Positions 60,470 to 64,000 of a stretch of 64,000 nt of DNA are shown in pieces. The notes beneath the pieces are model-generated. The model worked only from the letters and a program-made list of their open reading frames with translations, was not told the origin of the DNA and did no database searches. The position numbers and the translations under genes are program-made. The stretch lies in NCBI GenBank assembly GCA_964016885.1, contig OZ024741.1, forward strand, positions 149,296,001-149,360,000, read 5' to 3'. Position 1 is the stretch's first letter. Each line of letters opens with the position of its first letter. This DNA is from Eledone cirrhosa (Eukaryota).

Positions 60470-61200
60470 AGTCATACCATGACTGGCAGGTGTAAAATTA
60501 ATTGGCTGGAATTTGCAGACAACATGGTGTTAGTTAACTCAGCAGAAGATGATCTCCGACTTGCACTCAATAGGCACTTTACATGTAAATGGAGTTCAAC
60601 TGAAGCAGGCAGAGAAGTTCTCGGGGCTATGTTCATGAGTGATGGAAAGCAGGAGGCTGAATTAAGTGCAAGAATTGCAGGATCTGGTGCAGTAATGCGC
60701 CAGCTTCAGCATTCAGTAATCAGAAGAAGGGAGGTAAGCGTAAAAGCCAAACTCACTATCTTAAATTTGATATTCGTGCCAATCCTTGCCTATGGTCATG
60801 AATCTTGGGTAATGACCAAAAGAATACAATCAAAATGGGGTTCCTCTAAAGGGTCTTTGGAGTAACGTTAGTCGATAAAGTGTGTTGCTCAGAGATCAGA
60901 GAGTCACTAAAGATAGAGCTGCTACTTCTCCAAATTGAGAGATCACAGCTCTGATACTATAGGCCTGTGGTTAGAATGTCTCTGGAAAGAATCACTGCAC
61001 AGATTTTATGATCAAAACCAACTGGCAGGAGATCCAGGAGTAGACCCCAGCAAGATGGTTGGATAACATCCATGAGCTTGACTAGTCTCATTTGGGGATC
61101 CAGCCAGATCAGTTGGAGACAGTTGCTTTTGACAGGACCCGCTTGAAGGAATGTTTTGAGGACTCTGCCCCCACAACCCTCTCAGGAATAAGTGGGTGAA
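60470..61200 (+). mobile_element. Decayed RTE LINE 3' fragment
   Basis: LEFADN, VPILAYGHESWVMT. Confidence 0.75.
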
Positions 61201-61584
61201 GAAGAAAAAGAAGCTTTGTTAAGTTATGCTCCAAACACCAACTTAATAATGAGAAAGTATTATTACTAGCTCCTTTAGATTCTTGGTTATTTTCAAAAGG
61301 ATTTGAAAATTACAGACATTTTTTTATTAGAAACGACAATGGAATGGTTAAGACGATTGGTTTTATGTACACACACACATACATACATACATACATAAGT
61401 TAATTTTTGGTTTAATCAATACATATAAAATATATATCAATAATGTTTCTCAGTAAAAAGCTCAATAAAACTCAGTTCAGAGCATCTATATTATTTGTAA
61501 ACGATATGTACGGGGATATATCAATTGAGAAACAAACTATTATTTTGTACACATATATAGAGCAAATTATATGTAGATCACGGT

Positions 61585-61882
61585 AAAGTGATCGTGTAGG
61601 TGTCACGACAAAAAGCACCCAGTCCACACTGTGAAGTGGACGTGTAAAAGACACAGCAAAAAGCACTCAGCCCACACTGTAAAGTGGACATGCAAAAGAC
61701 ACAGCAAAAAGCACCCAGCACACACTGTCAATGTGGTTGGCATTAGGAAGGGCATCCAGCTGTAGAAAACCAGCCAGAAACACTCCTATATGAGCGAGAC
61801 ATAGTCACCTGACCCAACTTGATGGGATTTGTCTAACTCATGCTAGCGTGGAAGATAGACGTTAATCGATGATGATGATGAT
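61585..61882 (+). mobile_element. TGA-tailed SINE 3' part
   Basis: Three ~41-bp internal repeats, aggaagggcatccagctgtag, gatgatgat. Confidence 0.75.
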
Positions 61883-63421
61883 TCAAATACAAATTTAAAA
61901 CTATACTTTTAGGTGTTAGAATACTGCTATACTCATATAAAGACTATGCTGTACATAGATGACTGTACTTCGATAGACAGATCTGTTTCTGAGAATCAAA
62001 GAAGATAAAATGTCCACCACCGATTACAGTAATTAGTATCGATCACCAATTATCGATTTTGATAAACATCATTAAGACCATGATTCTCTTCATCAGTATA
62101 TTCAAGTCTTTGCTAATATGGGAGGGTAACTTGTGGTAAAGCTTGTGTATTATATGTATGCATACCGTATGCATACTAGCACACACAGGTATTAGTTGTC
62201 TCCCCAGTCTCAGCACCACAGACTCAATATATATAATGTATATATATTAAAATATAAGATTAAAGTTTAAGCAAAGAATCGCTTAAGGGTGAAAGCAGCG
62301 ATTCTTTGCTTAAACTTTAATCTGTTATTTTAATAAATATTTGCTCTATGGTTTTTATATATATCTATATATATATAATGCTTATCGAGCCCTCTTTGGA
62401 TTTTAGTCTTCACATTATTATTACTATTATTATTACTATATATATATATATATATCATATACATATGGTATCTATCAAAATCTTTACGTGGTCAGAAGCA
62501 GAGAAATATCTGATGGTGCTGACCATTCTTTATCACCATGTGACCTAAACCACATAATGACAGTTGCATCTTATTCAAAAGCATCTGAAAGATTTAGACA
62601 TATTTACATCTTTGAAACCACCGATAATGCATGAAATAAATCAAGTTGCTAATATAAATATTTTCAACTCGCACATTATGTCCTAATTGCCCTTTTCATT
62701 TATTTGTAACAACACTGAATATATATATGTGTGTGTGTTATAGGTACACTGCTACAATACAAATGGAACAATAAAATATTGAGGTAACAATATCAGGCAG
62801 AGAAAAATAGAGAGAAAGAGACAAAAAAAAACCAAAGATATCGGAATGTTATCTCGGAAATATTTCAAAAGTAATATTCCAATTCTCATGTTTTATTTTT
62901 TTATTTTGTTTAAGTCTCCTTTTCTTTTTCTTTTTTCTTTGTCTGGTATGGATACTTCAATATTTATAGTTCCATTTGTATTGTAGTGACTTCTTTAAAC
63001 CAATTCATATATATATATATGAGTTGGTTTTAGGAACTCACTACAATACATATATGAGTTGGTTTTAGGTAACAATGCCAGACAGAGAAGAAGGAAAAAG
63101 AGAAAGAGACTTAAACAAAAGAAAAATAATAAAACAGGAGTGAGAAGACCTTGGATTGGATATAAATATATATATATATATATATATATTTGCTTTGCAA
63201 GGTTTTTGATATGAAATGGTGTGTTGAAACAAATATTTATATATTTGGGGAGGGTCATATTGTTTTAATATTGCCAGAAATAATAATAAAACACACTCAC
63301 TGTTTGGTTTGGATTGGTTTTCGCTTCTGTATCTTTTATATCTCCATAGTTAATTTATCTGGCAATCAATGTTTATCATTGATTGACCAACGATTAAAAA
63401 TACAGATATAAAAATATATAT

Positions 63422-63475
63422 ATAGTCTATCAAAGTTCTTTCGTCACACATCTGTGACATCATCAGTGGTACTAT
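63422..63475 (-). ncRNA. Hammerhead motif in a solo Naiad-type 3' end (~63240-63580)
   Basis: AUAGUACCA-CUGAUGA-U-GUCACA GAUG UGUGAC-GAAA-GAAC-UU-UGAUAGACUAU. Confidence 0.65.
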
Positions 63476-63589
63476 TGTTTTCTCCCATTGTATTGTAATG
63501 CCTATGCCATTTTTATTTTTATTTAATTTTAATAAAAATGGCATAGGCATTACAATACAACGGGAGGAAACATAATAGTGATATCAAGA

Positions 63590-64000
63590 CCGGTGGGTGT
63601 AGGGTCTGTAGACTGGAATTTGCAGATGACATGGTTCTACTTAACTCATTGAAAGGGGATTTCCAACATTCACTGGATAGGTTTGCTGCCAAGTGCTGCA
63701 TGGCAGGAATGAAAATCAGTACTAAGAAGACTGAAACATTCGTCCTCTCAAGAAAGCCTGCATAGGAGTTCCACTGAAGCAGGTGGAGAAGTTCAAGTAT
63801 CTCAGAGTCATTTTCACATGTGATGGAAGGCAGGAGGCTGAAATAAATTCAAGAATGTGAAGAGCTGGTGCACCAGCTTCAGCACTCAGTCATCAGAAGA
63901 AGGGAGGTAGGTATAAAAGACAAACTCACTATCTTCAATTCCATACCTAGGGTCATGAATCTTGAGTAATGACTGAAGAAATACAAGGAGCCGAAATGGG
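63590..64000 (+). mobile_element. Decayed RTE LINE fragment, same family as 60470-61200
   Basis: ctggaatttgcagatgacatgg (LEFADD), gtggagaagttcaagtatct, ggtcatgaatcttg. Confidence 0.75.

Noticed and set aside
62045-62100. CUGAUGA...AAAA-UCGA-UA hammerhead-like string on the minus strand
   Set aside because: GAAA is absent and stem I does not pair.

Overview
AT-rich, microsatellite-dense eukaryotic DNA. The SINE and LINE repertoire suggests an octopod cephalopod (inference). The first half is a giant inverted duplication: arms of about 874-14733 and 17520-31567 around a 2.8 kb spacer. The arms carry RTE LINE remnants, a ~50-bp satellite, SINEs and a Penelope-like (PLE) 3' fragment. Next come a near full-length decayed Naiad-type PLE, an internally deleted Helitron, a CR1-type LINE, mariner/Tc1 and RTE fragments, and the first four coding exons of a GH18 chitinase gene. 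The most striking hidden signal is a set of type-I hammerhead ribozyme (HHR) motifs from at least four unrelated sequence families, plus weaker HHR-like cores. They sit in tandem or fold-back cassettes inside (TA)n tracts, and include a 428-nt HHR-to-HHR tandem unit resembling a non-coding retrozyme or non-autonomous PLE. All alignments and folds were done by eye.
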